Source: a virus
Virus record (IMG/VR): IMGVR_UViG_3300009085_001438
DNA length: 45,742 nucleotides
Reading direction: 5' to 3' (one strand)
Below are positions 17,909 to 26,710 of the stretch, piece by piece; the first letter of the stretch is position 1; each line of letters begins with the position of its first letter. The translations under genes were made by a program, and so were the position numbers. Under the pieces are notes generated by a model that saw only the letters and a program-made list of their open reading frames with translations, did not search any database and was not told where the DNA came from.

Positions 17909-18304
17909 TTAACTTTTCCTTCTGAAAAAAGCTTTTGTGGTTCTAATTGCTTTACAGATAGTAGTACCAATTACTCTAAAGTCATCCCCAAAACCAAAAT
18001 CTTCCGTAATGTGCCTCATCGGCGGAGGCGTGGGAGGTGGCGGAGGTGTGTGACTCTGTCCTATACCTCCTTTTGGAGCTTTCGGTTCTACTTCCACTGC
18101 ACCTTTTGGCTGGTATCCGCAAATGTTTGCAAGATCATGGGCTTGTTGCTCTACTAGATTTAAAACAGTGTTTGCTCTGCTTCGAATCTTTTTAATCTGC
18201 TCTTGCTCCTCTGAAGTGCACTCCTCCCACACACTTTCAGAGTAACGCTCTGAATCAGGCAAGTAAGAGAGTAGTTCTTGACATAAATCTTTCAAAACTT
18301 TCAT
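17909..18304 (-). CDS. hypothetical protein with a poly-proline tract
   Basis: 131 aa containing HTPPPPPTPPPMRH. Confidence 0.4.
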   Translation of the reverse strand: MKVLKDLCQELLSYLPDSERYSESVWEECTSEEQEQIKKIRSRANTVLNLVEQQAHDLANICGYQPKGAVEVEPKAPKGGIGQSHTPPPPPTPPPMRHITEDFGFGDDFRVIGTTICKAIRTTKAFFRRKS

Positions 18305-18315
18305 TTGATTTACCT

Positions 18316-19140
18316 CTAAGAAAGTGTAATGTGTATAATATCTTGTATTTCGGGGTTGCCATATGTTGCATGGCCTGTTCGAACAACTAAATTTGGAAGT
18401 GCATAATAGGTGCCAGCACTATGCGTGTGCCCGCACAGCACGGTAAGGTTTTTAGCAGGAAAGGCTTTCATTACTTCTTTTAACGTGTCTCCAACAGCTT
18501 TACAACTAAAATGAGGCAAATAATAGTCTGAAGAAGCGTGGCCCTGATGCCAAGCAGCTTCTGCAAACGGAGGCACATGCATTACCGCAAAAACATGATC
18601 ATACTCCTTAAATGCTTCTAACAAAGCAGTGCGAAACAACGCTGCTGATTCATCTCCTAGAGCATTTAACTTTCTAAGACGCTCTTCTTTAGTAAGATAC
18701 TGCAACTCTTTAATTTGATAGTAATCATTAAGGGTTACGCTTGAATTTTTATAGTCTCCATAGCGGCCATCCGCCCAGGAGTCGTACCCGATCAAGCAAA
18801 CCCTTGTAGATAGAGGCACTAGACCTTTAAATGGCAAATAAAATAACCAGGATTCCTGGGGGATTTCTACAACCGCTTCTCGCGTTTTGCTTATTGAACT
18901 ACCATAACAATCATGGTTACCTAGCACAAAATAGATTGGAGTACGTACTATATTAGCTAACAAGTTTAAATCATGACACAAACGCGTGCTTGTAGATATG
19001 TCTCCACTAATAATAATGCCAGCTAGTAATAAATTATCTAACCGTGCACCGAGTAGTTTAATTTCATCTATGGTGCAGTGATCTAAATGTATATCAGTTA
19101 ACCAAGCTAATTTCACGTTTACTCTTCCTATAAATTTCAA
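18316..19140 (-). CDS. calcineurin-like metallophosphoesterase
   Basis: Motif series LTDIHLD (DxH), GDISTS (GD), GNHD, HVPPF and GHTHS. Confidence 0.8.
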   Translation of the reverse strand: MKFIGRVNVKLAWLTDIHLDHCTIDEIKLLGARLDNLLLAGIIISGDISTSTRLCHDLNLLANIVRTPIYFVLGNHDCYGSSISKTREAVVEIPQESWLFYLPFKGLVPLSTRVCLIGYDSWADGRYGDYKNSSVTLNDYYQIKELQYLTKEERLRKLNALGDESAALFRTALLEAFKEYDHVFAVMHVPPFAEAAWHQGHASSDYYLPHFSCKAVGDTLKEVMKAFPAKNLTVLCGHTHSAGTYYALPNLVVRTGHATYGNPEIQDIIHITLS

Positions 19141-20087
19141 CCAAGTAAAAAAGCTGTATATGTTTTTCGCAGTCCCTCGCCAAGTGTTGTAGTATGGTGC
19201 CAGCCTAGCTTATGTATTTTAGATACATCTAATTCTTTTTTAGGTGTGCCATCCGGTTTAGATGTGTCATAAATTATTTTACCAGAATAACCAACCACAT
19301 CTCTAATCTTCTCTGCAAGATCCTTAATAGAAATTGACTCTCCTGTGCCTACATTGATTGGCTCGGAGGAATTATAATTCTCTAACAAGAAAACACACGC
19401 ATCAGCTAGATCATCTACATACAAAAATTCTCGTAAAGCTTTACCTGTTCCCCACACTGCAACTTCAGGCTTTCGCTTTATTTTAGCTTCATGGAATTTT
19501 CTTATTAATGCAGGTAATACATGTGCATTTTCTAAGTGGTAGTTATCCCTTGGCCCATAGAGATTTGTAGGCATAGCACAAATAAAGTTTGTACTGTATT
19601 GCTTGTTGTAAGCTTGGCACATCTTGATACCGGCAATTTTAGCTACCGCATATGCTTCATTAGTCTCTTCTAGGGGACCTGTAAGTAGGTATTCCTCTTT
19701 AATTGGCTGCGGGCAATCTCGAGGGTAAATGCAGGAACTGCCAAGAAAGAGGAGTTTTTTTACTCCATAAACATTAGCAGCATTAATTACATTAGTTTGA
19801 ATCATTAAGTTATGATAGATGAAGTCTGCCGGGTAAGTGCTGTTCGCATAAATGCCTCCTACTTTAGCTGCCGCTAAAATAATATACTCCGGCTTTTCAT
19901 AATCTATCACTTTATGTACAACAGCTTGGTCAGCTAGATCAAACTCAATGTGCGGTTTTATAACAACATCTCGATACCCGTTCAGTGCTAATTTCCGCAC
20001 AATAGCTGAACCCACTAACCCAGTGTGCCCCATCACAAAAATTTTACTGCACTTATCCATGTTACTCTTGCTCACCTTCAAGTGCAT
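19137..20087 (-). CDS. fcl: GDP-L-fucose synthase (GDP-4-keto-6-deoxy-D-mannose 3,5-epimerase/4-reductase)
   Basis: [47 protein letters not shown] and [30 protein letters not shown] are almost collinear with E. coli Fcl ([29 protein letters not shown]). Confidence 0.9.
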   Translation of the reverse strand: MHLKVSKSNMDKCSKIFVMGHTGLVGSAIVRKLALNGYRDVVIKPHIEFDLADQAVVHKVIDYEKPEYIILAAAKVGGIYANSTYPADFIYHNLMIQTNVINAANVYGVKKLLFLGSSCIYPRDCPQPIKEEYLLTGPLEETNEAYAVAKIAGIKMCQAYNKQYSTNFICAMPTNLYGPRDNYHLENAHVLPALIRKFHEAKIKRKPEVAVWGTGKALREFLYVDDLADACVFLLENYNSSEPINVGTGESISIKDLAEKIRDVVGYSGKIIYDTSKPDGTPKKELDVSKIHKLGWHHTTTLGEGLRKTYTAFLLG

Positions 20088-20445
20088 TAATGCGGTCTAT
20101 ACATTTCTCTACATAATCATTTGAGGCACGTAAATCCTCGGGCATAGCCACTACCTCATCTTGAAAAACATACATGCCAGCAGGCGTACCTACTAATTTC
20201 CAGTTCTGCTCTCCTAGGAACTTTACGATCTGCCAAAATACTAAAAACGCTTCATCGGCTGTAGTAGTTAAGCCTCTAATTACCGCACAAATAGGCTGCA
20301 CCGGACTGCCTTTTATTTCAATACTATTTGCAGAAATGTTTAACGTAGTCTGTACAAAAGTTAAAACCGCGCTAAGAAAACCTGGTTTAGTGGTGACAAT
20401 CTCTACAAGACCGTTTCCTGAAAAGACTTGTGTAACATAAAACAT
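20062..20445 (-). CDS. hypothetical protein
   Basis: ORF with likely start MFYVTQVF, preceded by GGAGA that overlaps the upstream stop codon. Confidence 0.45.
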   Translation of the reverse strand: MFYVTQVFSGNGLVEIVTTKPGFLSAVLTFVQTTLNISANSIEIKGSPVQPICAVIRGLTTTADEAFLVFWQIVKFLGEQNWKLVGTPAGMYVFQDEVVAMPEDLRASNDYVEKCIDRINALEGEQE

Positions 20446-20446
20446 A

Positions 20447-20951
20447 TTAATCTCCTTTTTGATAATATTTCCCTGCAGCAAATGCTCTTATAGTAGCTAC
20501 TCTAGCTATTAAATCTGCTTCCCATGCACAATTCCAAACGCGATGGCCGTCTACTATTTCTGGCAAATTTAGCTTAGGGCTTAATGGGTTTAAGAAACAA
20601 TGATTGATCCGTTCTAAGATTTGTTCAACATCTACTACATCTGCACGCATAGCTAACTCTGAAAATTCATGAAACAGCCCCATGAATTGGTGCTGGTACT
20701 TCTTTGTTATAGCTATGTTGTCTACCCAAGGACCTAAACAATTGCATGTAATACGATCCTTGGACAGCCAAGCAATTACTTTTTTAGCTGTACGTGTGGA
20801 GCAACGTACAGCTAAATCATCGTTCTCTCGAAAGAAATGCCAATAAGGATCTTTTGATAGTACCGCTACCCAAAGATTTTTAAAAAATCTTTCGTGATTT
20901 ACAATATGATTAAAGAGGTATCACTAAATTTTGCATTTTAACTCTTGCCAT
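20447..20951 (-). pseudogene. gene interrupted by an apparent +1 frameshift at CUU-UAA (13-codon leader ORF plus ~155-codon open +1 frame)
   Basis: AGGAGGTG-N7-ATG opens MARVKMQNLVIPL*. The +1 frame is open from that stop through ...KDPYWHFFRENDDLAVRC...MGLFHEF...YYQKGD* and contains no ATG, GTG or TTG before the track's 78-aa Met. Confidence 0.35.
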
Positions 20952-21029
20952 AAACACACCTCCTGTGAATAATTTTAATCAATTTACAGATTTTAGTGTG
21001 AAATGTTGGGAGGAAACAAAGAAAAAGCG

Positions 21030-21058
21030 GGAAGAGCTTTCCCGCTTTTTATGTGATA
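21030..21058 (-). terminator. rho-independent terminator (GCGGGAA-GAGC-TTCCCGC followed by a T-run; bidirectional)
   Basis: Perfect 7-bp GC stem. On the minus strand it is followed by TTTTTCTTTG, directly downstream of the 21072..21434 stop. Confidence 0.5.
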
Positions 21059-21071
21059 GGATTAGTTGAAG

Positions 21072-21434
21072 CTATTTAAAAATCTTACCTTTAACTGTGA
21101 CTTTAGCAGGCCATACGATACCTATGTAGGGCCCAGCAACCTTGTCTGTTTTACCTTTTTTCAGCTCTTCCTTAAGTTCCTGTACCGCTTCTGGTTCAGT
21201 GGAACAGCTATGAGAGGACATCATAATATGTCCGTACCGATCAAAAACTTCATAATGAAACCCTCCACCGAAATTTGCCGGCATCTCTTTTCGATTATTA
21301 ATTGGTTGGATTTCAGGAGTTCTAACTCTACCTCGCCAAGAGCACTCAGCACATGCTTGTTGCAACTTTCTTCCAGCCACCCAACAGTCGTGTAACTCAG
21401 TAGATCCACATTTAGGACAAGCTTTTACTTTCAT
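21072..21434 (-). CDS. zinc-ribbon hypothetical protein
   Basis: MKVKACPKCGSTEL...CAECSWRG. Confidence 0.45.
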   Translation of the reverse strand: MKVKACPKCGSTELHDCWVAGRKLQQACAECSWRGRVRTPEIQPINNRKEMPANFGGGFHYEVFDRYGHIMMSSHSCSTEPEAVQELKEELKKGKTDKVAGPYIGIVWPAKVTVKGKIFK

Positions 21435-21449
21435 CTTCGTTTCTCCAGG

Positions 21450-21947
21450 CTAATTGACCATAATAAGTGTGGTTGACCCTGGTGCATAATCAACCACATT
21501 AACATTCGGAAACACACTTAACACTATGTTTAAATAGGTGTCCCAGTCCCCACCGCCTCTGCAACACCCCATGAACTTAGGCATAAACAGAGCACAAAAC
21601 TTTGACATAACAGGATGGGTTTTGAGCTCCTCTAAAGCAATACGCACCTTATCATACTTTGTTGGCATTTCGTTACAGCACTGTAAGCATTGCCCGAAAA
21701 TATTAGCTACATAAACGTTCTTCCTTATCTCTACCAGCTGAGCTTTACCCAGTAACTCTTCTGAGGTGAATTGATTACACAGATCTAAATATTCTTTGTA
21801 CACTTTCGGCCATTTTTGCCTTATAGATAAAGCTATTCCTGCACCCATGATACCTTGGTTATTCACTTGATGCATTAAAACAAGAGGTAACGTAGAGTCT
21901 TGAATAACATCTGGAACTACTAATAAATCACCCTTCCAGGTTTTCAT
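21450..21947 (-). CDS. Macro-domain (ADP-ribose binding / ADP-ribosyl hydrolase-like) protein
   Basis: LVLMHQVNNQGIMGAGIALSIRQKWP matches the macro-domain N...G.MGAGIA core, as in OARD1/TARG1 CRMGAGIA and nsP3 NAAN..L.GGGV...KKWP. 165 aa. Confidence 0.65.
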   Translation of the reverse strand: MKTWKGDLLVVPDVIQDSTLPLVLMHQVNNQGIMGAGIALSIRQKWPKVYKEYLDLCNQFTSEELLGKAQLVEIRKNVYVANIFGQCLQCCNEMPTKYDKVRIALEELKTHPVMSKFCALFMPKFMGCCRGGGDWDTYLNIVLSVFPNVNVVDYAPGSTTLIMVN

Positions 21948-22090
21948 TTAGCACTCCTTTTTGTTACATGATGTTTTTGACCGCTCTCGGATGCTGGCCA
22001 CGACGCAGGCATACGCCTGCCCCGCAGCCTGGATTTGAACCACCGCCCGCCGTGCATCTCTAGTTTAACGGGAAGAGTAGTCTTAGATTT

Positions 22091-22309
22091 TTACGTTTCA
22101 TCCTCTTCATCTTCAAAATAATCGTCTGCATACAAGCAAGCTTTGTGCTCTTTATCAAAAGCATCAATGAGACTGTACCACTTCTCCCATTGCTTATCAG
22201 CAGCTTCTGCTGATACCACTTCACCAGAATCTAATGTCTCTCCTGTAAGAGGCAATTCTGCACTGATGGAACTCCCGCAAATTCCGCATCTATGTACTTG
22301 CGTAGTCAT
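22091..22309 (-). CDS. small acidic zinc-ribbon protein
   Basis: 72 aa containing HRCGICGSS. Confidence 0.4.
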   Translation of the reverse strand: MTTQVHRCGICGSSISAELPLTGETLDSGEVVSAEAADKQWEKWYSLIDAFDKEHKACLYADDYFEDEEDET

Positions 22310-22669
22310 TTAAATCTCTCCGTTAACTTTACTAGCCCGGTTATATTTAACATCTAAATAAGCAAAACTTTGGCCTGGGTCCTTTGATTGGCACGCTTGT
22401 AATAGGTCTTTTAAAATATTTTGGATGTTCTCAGGAGCAAAAGAGTATAAAAGGCCTAAAGCTCCTTTTACTAGAACATCAGGATCTACATTTAGGAGTA
22501 GTTGTTTAACGTTGTCTATGGTAGCGGGCCGTAGTTCCCTTAAATTTAAAATAACATTACACGCTCCTGTTGTGGTGGATAAGTCAAGTGTTTCTGTTAA
22601 TAAAGCTGTTTCTAGTAAATCTCGTACCTCTTGGATTTGAGTTTCCCGTAACACAAAAACTTGCTGCAT
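22310..22669 (-). CDS. hypothetical protein
   Basis: 119-aa ORF preceded by promoter copy I. Confidence 0.45.
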   Translation of the reverse strand: MQQVFVLRETQIQEVRDLLETALLTETLDLSTTTGACNVILNLRELRPATIDNVKQLLLNVDPDVLVKGALGLLYSFAPENIQNILKDLLQACQSKDPGQSFAYLDVKYNRASKVNGEI

Positions 22670-22697
22670 AAATATTTCCTCCTTCTTATTTTATTTA

Positions 22698-22735
22698 TTG
22701 TATAATATAACCTTTTTAGCTAAAAATCCAGTATA
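22698..22735 (-). promoter_or_regulatory. conserved promoter element copy I (CTGGATTTT variant of the -35)
   Basis: rc of 22725..22730 is TGGATT, 17-nt spacer, rc of 22702..22707 is TATTAT. Confidence 0.4.
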
Positions 22736-22781
22736 AAATAAGAAGATGAGTGGTATACAGCTTCCCAACAGAAGTTATATT

Positions 22782-23036
22782 TTAATCTTCTTCAGCGTCA
22801 TACTCTTCTTTATCAATAAGATGAAGAAGCTGATTAGTGTCAAATTCTACTTCTACAAGCCTATTTCCCGGGTTGCTAGATATTCCGAATTTATGCTGCA
22901 CGAAAACTGTTTGAGCTATAAAGCAACCCTGCTGATCCATCTCCTGCTTTGTCCGCTTCACTATACCTACTCCATCAGGTGTTCTGACAAAATCACCCTG
23001 TTCAAATAGCCTAACGAGCATTCTTTCAGTTTTCAT
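22782..23036 (-). CDS. hypothetical protein
   Basis: 84-aa ORF. Confidence 0.4.
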   Translation of the reverse strand: MKTERMLVRLFEQGDFVRTPDGVGIVKRTKQEMDQQGCFIAQTVFVQHKFGISSNPGNRLVEVEFDTNQLLHLIDKEEYDAEED

Positions 23037-23061
23037 AATTTAATCCCTTTCATATTTACTG

Positions 23062-23472
23062 TTATTGTGCATTCTTTAATGCTGCAACCACTTTTCCTGC
23101 TTCCAGCTTATACCGGCCACCTTGAGATCCTTCAACAATAATAGGGTATTTATGGTATTGAAGTTTCAAACCAACAATCTTTACACTTTTACCATCTACG
23201 GTAATGCGCTTTCCAAGATCTTCGGGTTTCATACCAAACATTGTAGCATAATGCCGAAAATCAGATTCCATCATAGCATCCTGTGAAACGACGGGTGCAG
23301 CTGAAGTAGGAGGCACTTCTTCGATAGCGCGGCCCTCAACTCTTACCCGAAAGAACCGCTGACCAAAACGCATAGTGCCTGTCGTAGTTACTAACCCATA
23401 CTTCTGCCCAACTTCTGCAACAGCCTTTTCCAGGTCTTCATGGAGTTTCTTTATCGTTGAGCGGTCTAACAT
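23062..23472 (-). CDS. hypothetical protein
   Basis: 136-aa ORF downstream of promoter copy C. Confidence 0.45.
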   Translation of the reverse strand: MLDRSTIKKLHEDLEKAVAEVGQKYGLVTTTGTMRFGQRFFRVRVEGRAIEEVPPTSAAPVVSQDAMMESDFRHYATMFGMKPEDLGKRITVDGKSVKIVGLKLQYHKYPIIVEGSQGGRYKLEAGKVVAALKNAQ

Positions 23473-23504
23473 TTTGTTTTTCCTCCTTTTGTATGCTCCT
23501 ATTA

Positions 23505-23548
23505 TGTATTAATTATACATACAAATAAGGAGAAAATCCAGTGTTTAT
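23505..23548 (-). promoter_or_regulatory. conserved promoter element copy C
   Basis: TGGATT-N16-TATAAT, then the conserved leader TAATACATAATAGGAGCATACAAAAGGAGGAAAAAC, nearly identical to copy H. Confidence 0.5.
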
Positions 23549-23557
23549 GCAAAACCT

Positions 23558-24178
23558 CTAATAAATAGCTCCGCTTTTGTACACAGAAACTATTTCATCT
23601 CTAGTTAAAAGTGCACAAGCTTTAACACCTACTTTTTCAATATTAGCCATCCCATCATTTTCTTGCCGATCCACTACAACAATAGCATGCTCTACAATTA
23701 ATCCAAATTCACGAGCTTTTTCAATGGCTGTAATTGTAGAAGCACCAGTTGTAACTACATCATCTACGATTACTGCATGCTCGCCTGGAACAACCGGGCC
23801 TTCTATACTTTTTTTAGTCCCATGATCCTTTTGGGCTTTACGCACAATAAAAGCTTTAACCACCTTTCCCGGACCGCCTGTGCGTAAAAGCTCCATCTGA
23901 TAATAAAAAGCTACAGCAGTCGCAATAGGATCAGCACCCATTGTCAACCCGCCAACGGCTTCAAAATGCACATCTTTCAAGATTTCCGTTGTCATGGTAG
24001 CAATCAAATGCATGCCGGATGGGTGCAGTGTGGCTTTACGACAATCAATATAATAGTTGCTTAACCCGCCTGAAGAAAGAGTGAATGGAGTTTCTTCATT
24101 GTACAGAAAAGCCTTTGTAGATATTAATAATTGAATTAAGGCATCTTTTTGAGATTGTAATGTAGACAATTGCGACAT
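23558..24178 (-). CDS. pyrE: orotate phosphoribosyltransferase
   Basis: FTLSSGGLSNYYIDCRKA, KAQKDHGTKKSIEG and AVIVDDVVTTGASTITAIEKAREFGLIVEHAIVVVDRQE align with E. coli PyrE (FTLKSGRKSPYFFN; KEAKDHGEGGNLVG; VMLVDDVITAGTAI...LISLDRQE). Confidence 0.8.
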   Translation of the reverse strand: MSQLSTLQSQKDALIQLLISTKAFLYNEETPFTLSSGGLSNYYIDCRKATLHPSGMHLIATMTTEILKDVHFEAVGGLTMGADPIATAVAFYYQMELLRTGGPGKVVKAFIVRKAQKDHGTKKSIEGPVVPGEHAVIVDDVVTTGASTITAIEKAREFGLIVEHAIVVVDRQENDGMANIEKVGVKACALLTRDEIVSVYKSGAIY

Positions 24179-24187
24179 GTTATCTCC

Positions 24188-24436
24188 TTAAAATTGCTTA
24201 GCTTGCTGAAGATTGTTTCTCATTTGATTAAGATGCTCGTGTGCTTCTTCAAGTCTTTTTTGCCAATATGTAATTAAAGCTGATTTTGCTTCTTCACGTG
24301 TTCGGCGATACCATGTCCATTTTGAATTTTTTGGCACAATTTCATCTTTAATTGTTAAGTAACCATCACTTATTGAACCTTCTGCTATGATTTGCTCAAT
24401 AGCATTTGAAAAAGCACATGCTCTGTACCAAAGCAT
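24188..24436 (-). CDS. hypothetical protein
   Basis: 82-aa ORF. Confidence 0.4.
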   Translation of the reverse strand: MLWYRACAFSNAIEQIIAEGSISDGYLTIKDEIVPKNSKWTWYRRTREEAKSALITYWQKRLEEAHEHLNQMRNNLQQAKQF

Positions 24437-24457
24437 AATTCCTAACCTTTCTAAGCT

Positions 24458-24691
24458 CTAGCTCTCCCCTAAAAGCTCATTATAATTTTCCTCTAGTTGT
24501 TCGCATTTACCTTGAAGAGAGTCATAATCTTGTTGAAGATCATGAAACTGATCTTGTAAATTTTTAAGTTCTTCTTTCAATGTAGCCGCAGTATCCCTTT
24601 CTGCATTAAGCTCTCTGAGTGCTTCACAAACCGGGCAGCTTGTGCGGTCCTCAATACACACTTCTTCATGTCCATCATTACAAAGATACAT
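24458..24691 (-). CDS. coiled-coil hypothetical protein with N-terminal Cys cluster
   Basis: 77 aa: CIEDRTSCPVCEAL followed by a heptad-like region. Confidence 0.4.
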   Translation of the reverse strand: MYLCNDGHEEVCIEDRTSCPVCEALRELNAERDTAATLKEELKNLQDQFHDLQQDYDSLQGKCEQLEENYNELLGES

Positions 24692-24703
24692 TAGCTAACC
24701 CTC

Positions 24704-25804
24704 CTAATTTGTTGTTAAAAATGCTTGAAATAACCTTTCTTTTGCACTATCAGTCATGTTATAGATAAAATCCCCTAATTTCGCCCCTTTTCGAAGAGCA
24801 AACATGATGTGCTGTACTGGACCTTTCACAGCTAAAGCAAACTCTTTCTGATCCTCAATGCAGTTCGTGCATGTGAATAATCTACCAACCTCTTTTACAA
24901 TAGCTGCGTAAGCAGTTACGTAAGGTTGAAAATACTCCCGATCTTCAGGGAAAGAACTCAGGTACTCCTCATGGTCTTGAGAGCATACTAACGATACAAT
25001 TCTCTTAACTGACAATACTCCATTACATCTTAAGTGTGCAACAGCTAAATAAGCTGGATTTTTAACTTTTATCCGCCATTGCTTCTCGGGCCAATAGCAC
25101 ACATAACCCTCATCCAAAGGAGGTAATTCTCTTAAGGATTCTACAAGCTGAGGTATGGTGTCAAAGCGAAAATAAGGCGGTATGGAAACATTGAACTGTT
25201 TAGCGTAATACTCAAGATCCGCTAAGGCTATATCTTTGCCTGTTACACGATTCCGGGCATTTAACAAATAAATATCAGGGTTAGAATATCTCGTAACAAT
25301 TCGCGTCTCAGGAGAAACTAATTCAAATGAAAAAGTTAGATCTTCTGGTAAAACCATGCGCTGAAAAAAATCTTGGGTAGTTGCACCCAGCACACCTTCA
25401 AAAATAGATCTAAAGGAGTTACCTAAAGCAGAGTTCCCCTCTGCGAATGCCATACTACGCGTACTGCATTCCCATTGGTTAGCATGGTATACATTAAGCA
25501 AAGATCCGTCTATCTTTTTAAAGCAAAATGCTTGTGTGATGGCAAATTCTTCGTGTTTTGGATCTTCCGTGTAATTAAAAAACCTATCAAAAGGCCGGCA
25601 CAAAACTCTATAATCAGGTAGGGATAGAATTAAACCTCGGCACTCTCTAACAATCGGATCATGCTTTGGGGATTCAATTTGATCATAGTTTAACACAGCT
25701 CGATCATCATAATACCGCACTTCAATGTGCAAAGTGTCTTCTAAAGATTTCAAAGGGTGTGTTTTTAGGTACTTTAAGATTTCCATGTGAGTCGGGTTCT
25801 CCAA
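24704..25804 (-). CDS. RNA ligase, T4 Rnl1 family
   Basis: ECRGLIL, RPFDRFFNY and FKKIDGSLLNVY (nucleotidyltransferase motif I KxDG) align with T4 Rnl1 ECRGIMF, RPMEKFFNL and LTKEDGSLVSTY. Similar length (366 aa). Confidence 0.75.
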   Translation of the reverse strand: MENPTHMEILKYLKTHPLKSLEDTLHIEVRYYDDRAVLNYDQIESPKHDPIVRECRGLILSLPDYRVLCRPFDRFFNYTEDPKHEEFAITQAFCFKKIDGSLLNVYHANQWECSTRSMAFAEGNSALGNSFRSIFEGVLGATTQDFFQRMVLPEDLTFSFELVSPETRIVTRYSNPDIYLLNARNRVTGKDIALADLEYYAKQFNVSIPPYFRFDTIPQLVESLRELPPLDEGYVCYWPEKQWRIKVKNPAYLAVAHLRCNGVLSVKRIVSLVCSQDHEEYLSSFPEDREYFQPYVTAYAAIVKEVGRLFTCTNCIEDQKEFALAVKGPVQHIMFALRKGAKLGDFIYNMTDSAKERLFQAFLTTN

Positions 25805-26229
25805 CCTAATTCAAGTTCAATACACCGCATACCAGGCTTAGTATCTAAGTAAGCTTCCAACACCTTAACGTTTGTAGGGCACACATTAGTTAGAGCTAAT
25901 AACTTGCGATTATTATAGAGGATAGCTACCTCTTGAGCAACTGCATTGGGCTGTCTTTTTGCTTTATATTCCCAATCTTGAAGTGCATTCACTACTTGCC
26001 AATCCACATCTAGAGTAAAATGCAGATTGCCGGAACCCCGGCTATTAACTAAAAAAAGATTATCCGACTCACACTGAATCACACCTTCTGCATATGCATG
26101 CTGAACAAGATATTTACGATCTACTTTTTCCAAGCCTAATTCACGTAAGAATTGAGCTTCCTGATCCGGTGTTCTTGGAATTTCTAAAGAAACTCTAGTA
26201 TTAGGTATTTTTAGCATCAACACAAACAT
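25774..26229 (-). CDS. hypothetical protein
   Basis: 151 aa downstream of promoter copy J. Its end overlaps the RNA ligase start. Confidence 0.45.
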   Translation of the reverse strand: MFVLMLKIPNTRVSLEIPRTPDQEAQFLRELGLEKVDRKYLVQHAYAEGVIQCESDNLFLVNSRGSGNLHFTLDVDWQVVNALQDWEYKAKRQPNAVAQEVAILYNNRKLLALTNVCPTNVKVLEAYLDTKPGMRCIELELGWRTRLTWKS

Positions 26230-26254
26230 CTTTTTCTCCGAACTTAACTAGCTT

Positions 26255-26295
26255 GTGTCCTAATTATACACGTATCAGCTGGAAAAAACAAGGCT
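26255..26295 (-). promoter_or_regulatory. conserved promoter element copy J (TTGTTT-N17-TATAAT)
   Basis: rc of 26286..26291 is TTGTTT, 17-nt spacer, rc of 26263..26268 is TATAAT, followed by TAGGACACAAG (as TAAGACATAAT in other copies). Confidence 0.5.
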
Positions 26296-26296
26296 T

Positions 26297-26710
26297 TTAC
26301 TGCTTACAAAACTGCGATATGTTAGCTGTGCGGGTTTGAACCTTTTCTGCTAAACGTGCTAGAAATACTTGCAAAAACTCGAAGTTGGTCACCGATACAA
26401 ACATTACATTGTTTACATGACTTTTACTATAGTAGCACATGCTGTATTCAATAAACTCTACCGCTGACATGCATAAGCTAATAGGTAAGACTAGCGTGTT
26501 CAATGCATACAGTGTAAGAGGTTGCCCATTTATCTCAATTACAGTTATCATCTGCATTCGTTGGGTAGCTAAGTTTATTCCCTGCTCTTCATTAAATGCT
26601 TCTTTCTTAGAACATCTACACCAACCAAACCTCAAACACCCATCGTCATCTATATCTGCCACGAATAACCCGACAGGTTTTTGTTTTTCCCGTATCCATT
26701 GAATCACCAT
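26297..26710 (-). CDS. hypothetical protein
   Basis: 137-aa ORF. Confidence 0.45.
   Translation of the reverse strand: MVIQWIREKQKPVGLFVADIDDDGCLRFGWCRCSKKEAFNEEQGINLATQRMQMITVIEINGQPLTLYALNTLVLPISLCMSAVEFIEYSMCYYSKSHVNNVMFVSVTNFEFLQVFLARLAEKVQTRTANISQFCKQ

Noticed and set aside
21948-22090. A fifth tRNA gene suggested by the GGTTCAAATCC T-loop consensus
   Set aside because: The flanking sequence cannot form a 5-bp T stem (GGTGG versus CCAGG) or an acceptor stem in either orientation. Kept as a structured element or tRNA remnant only.
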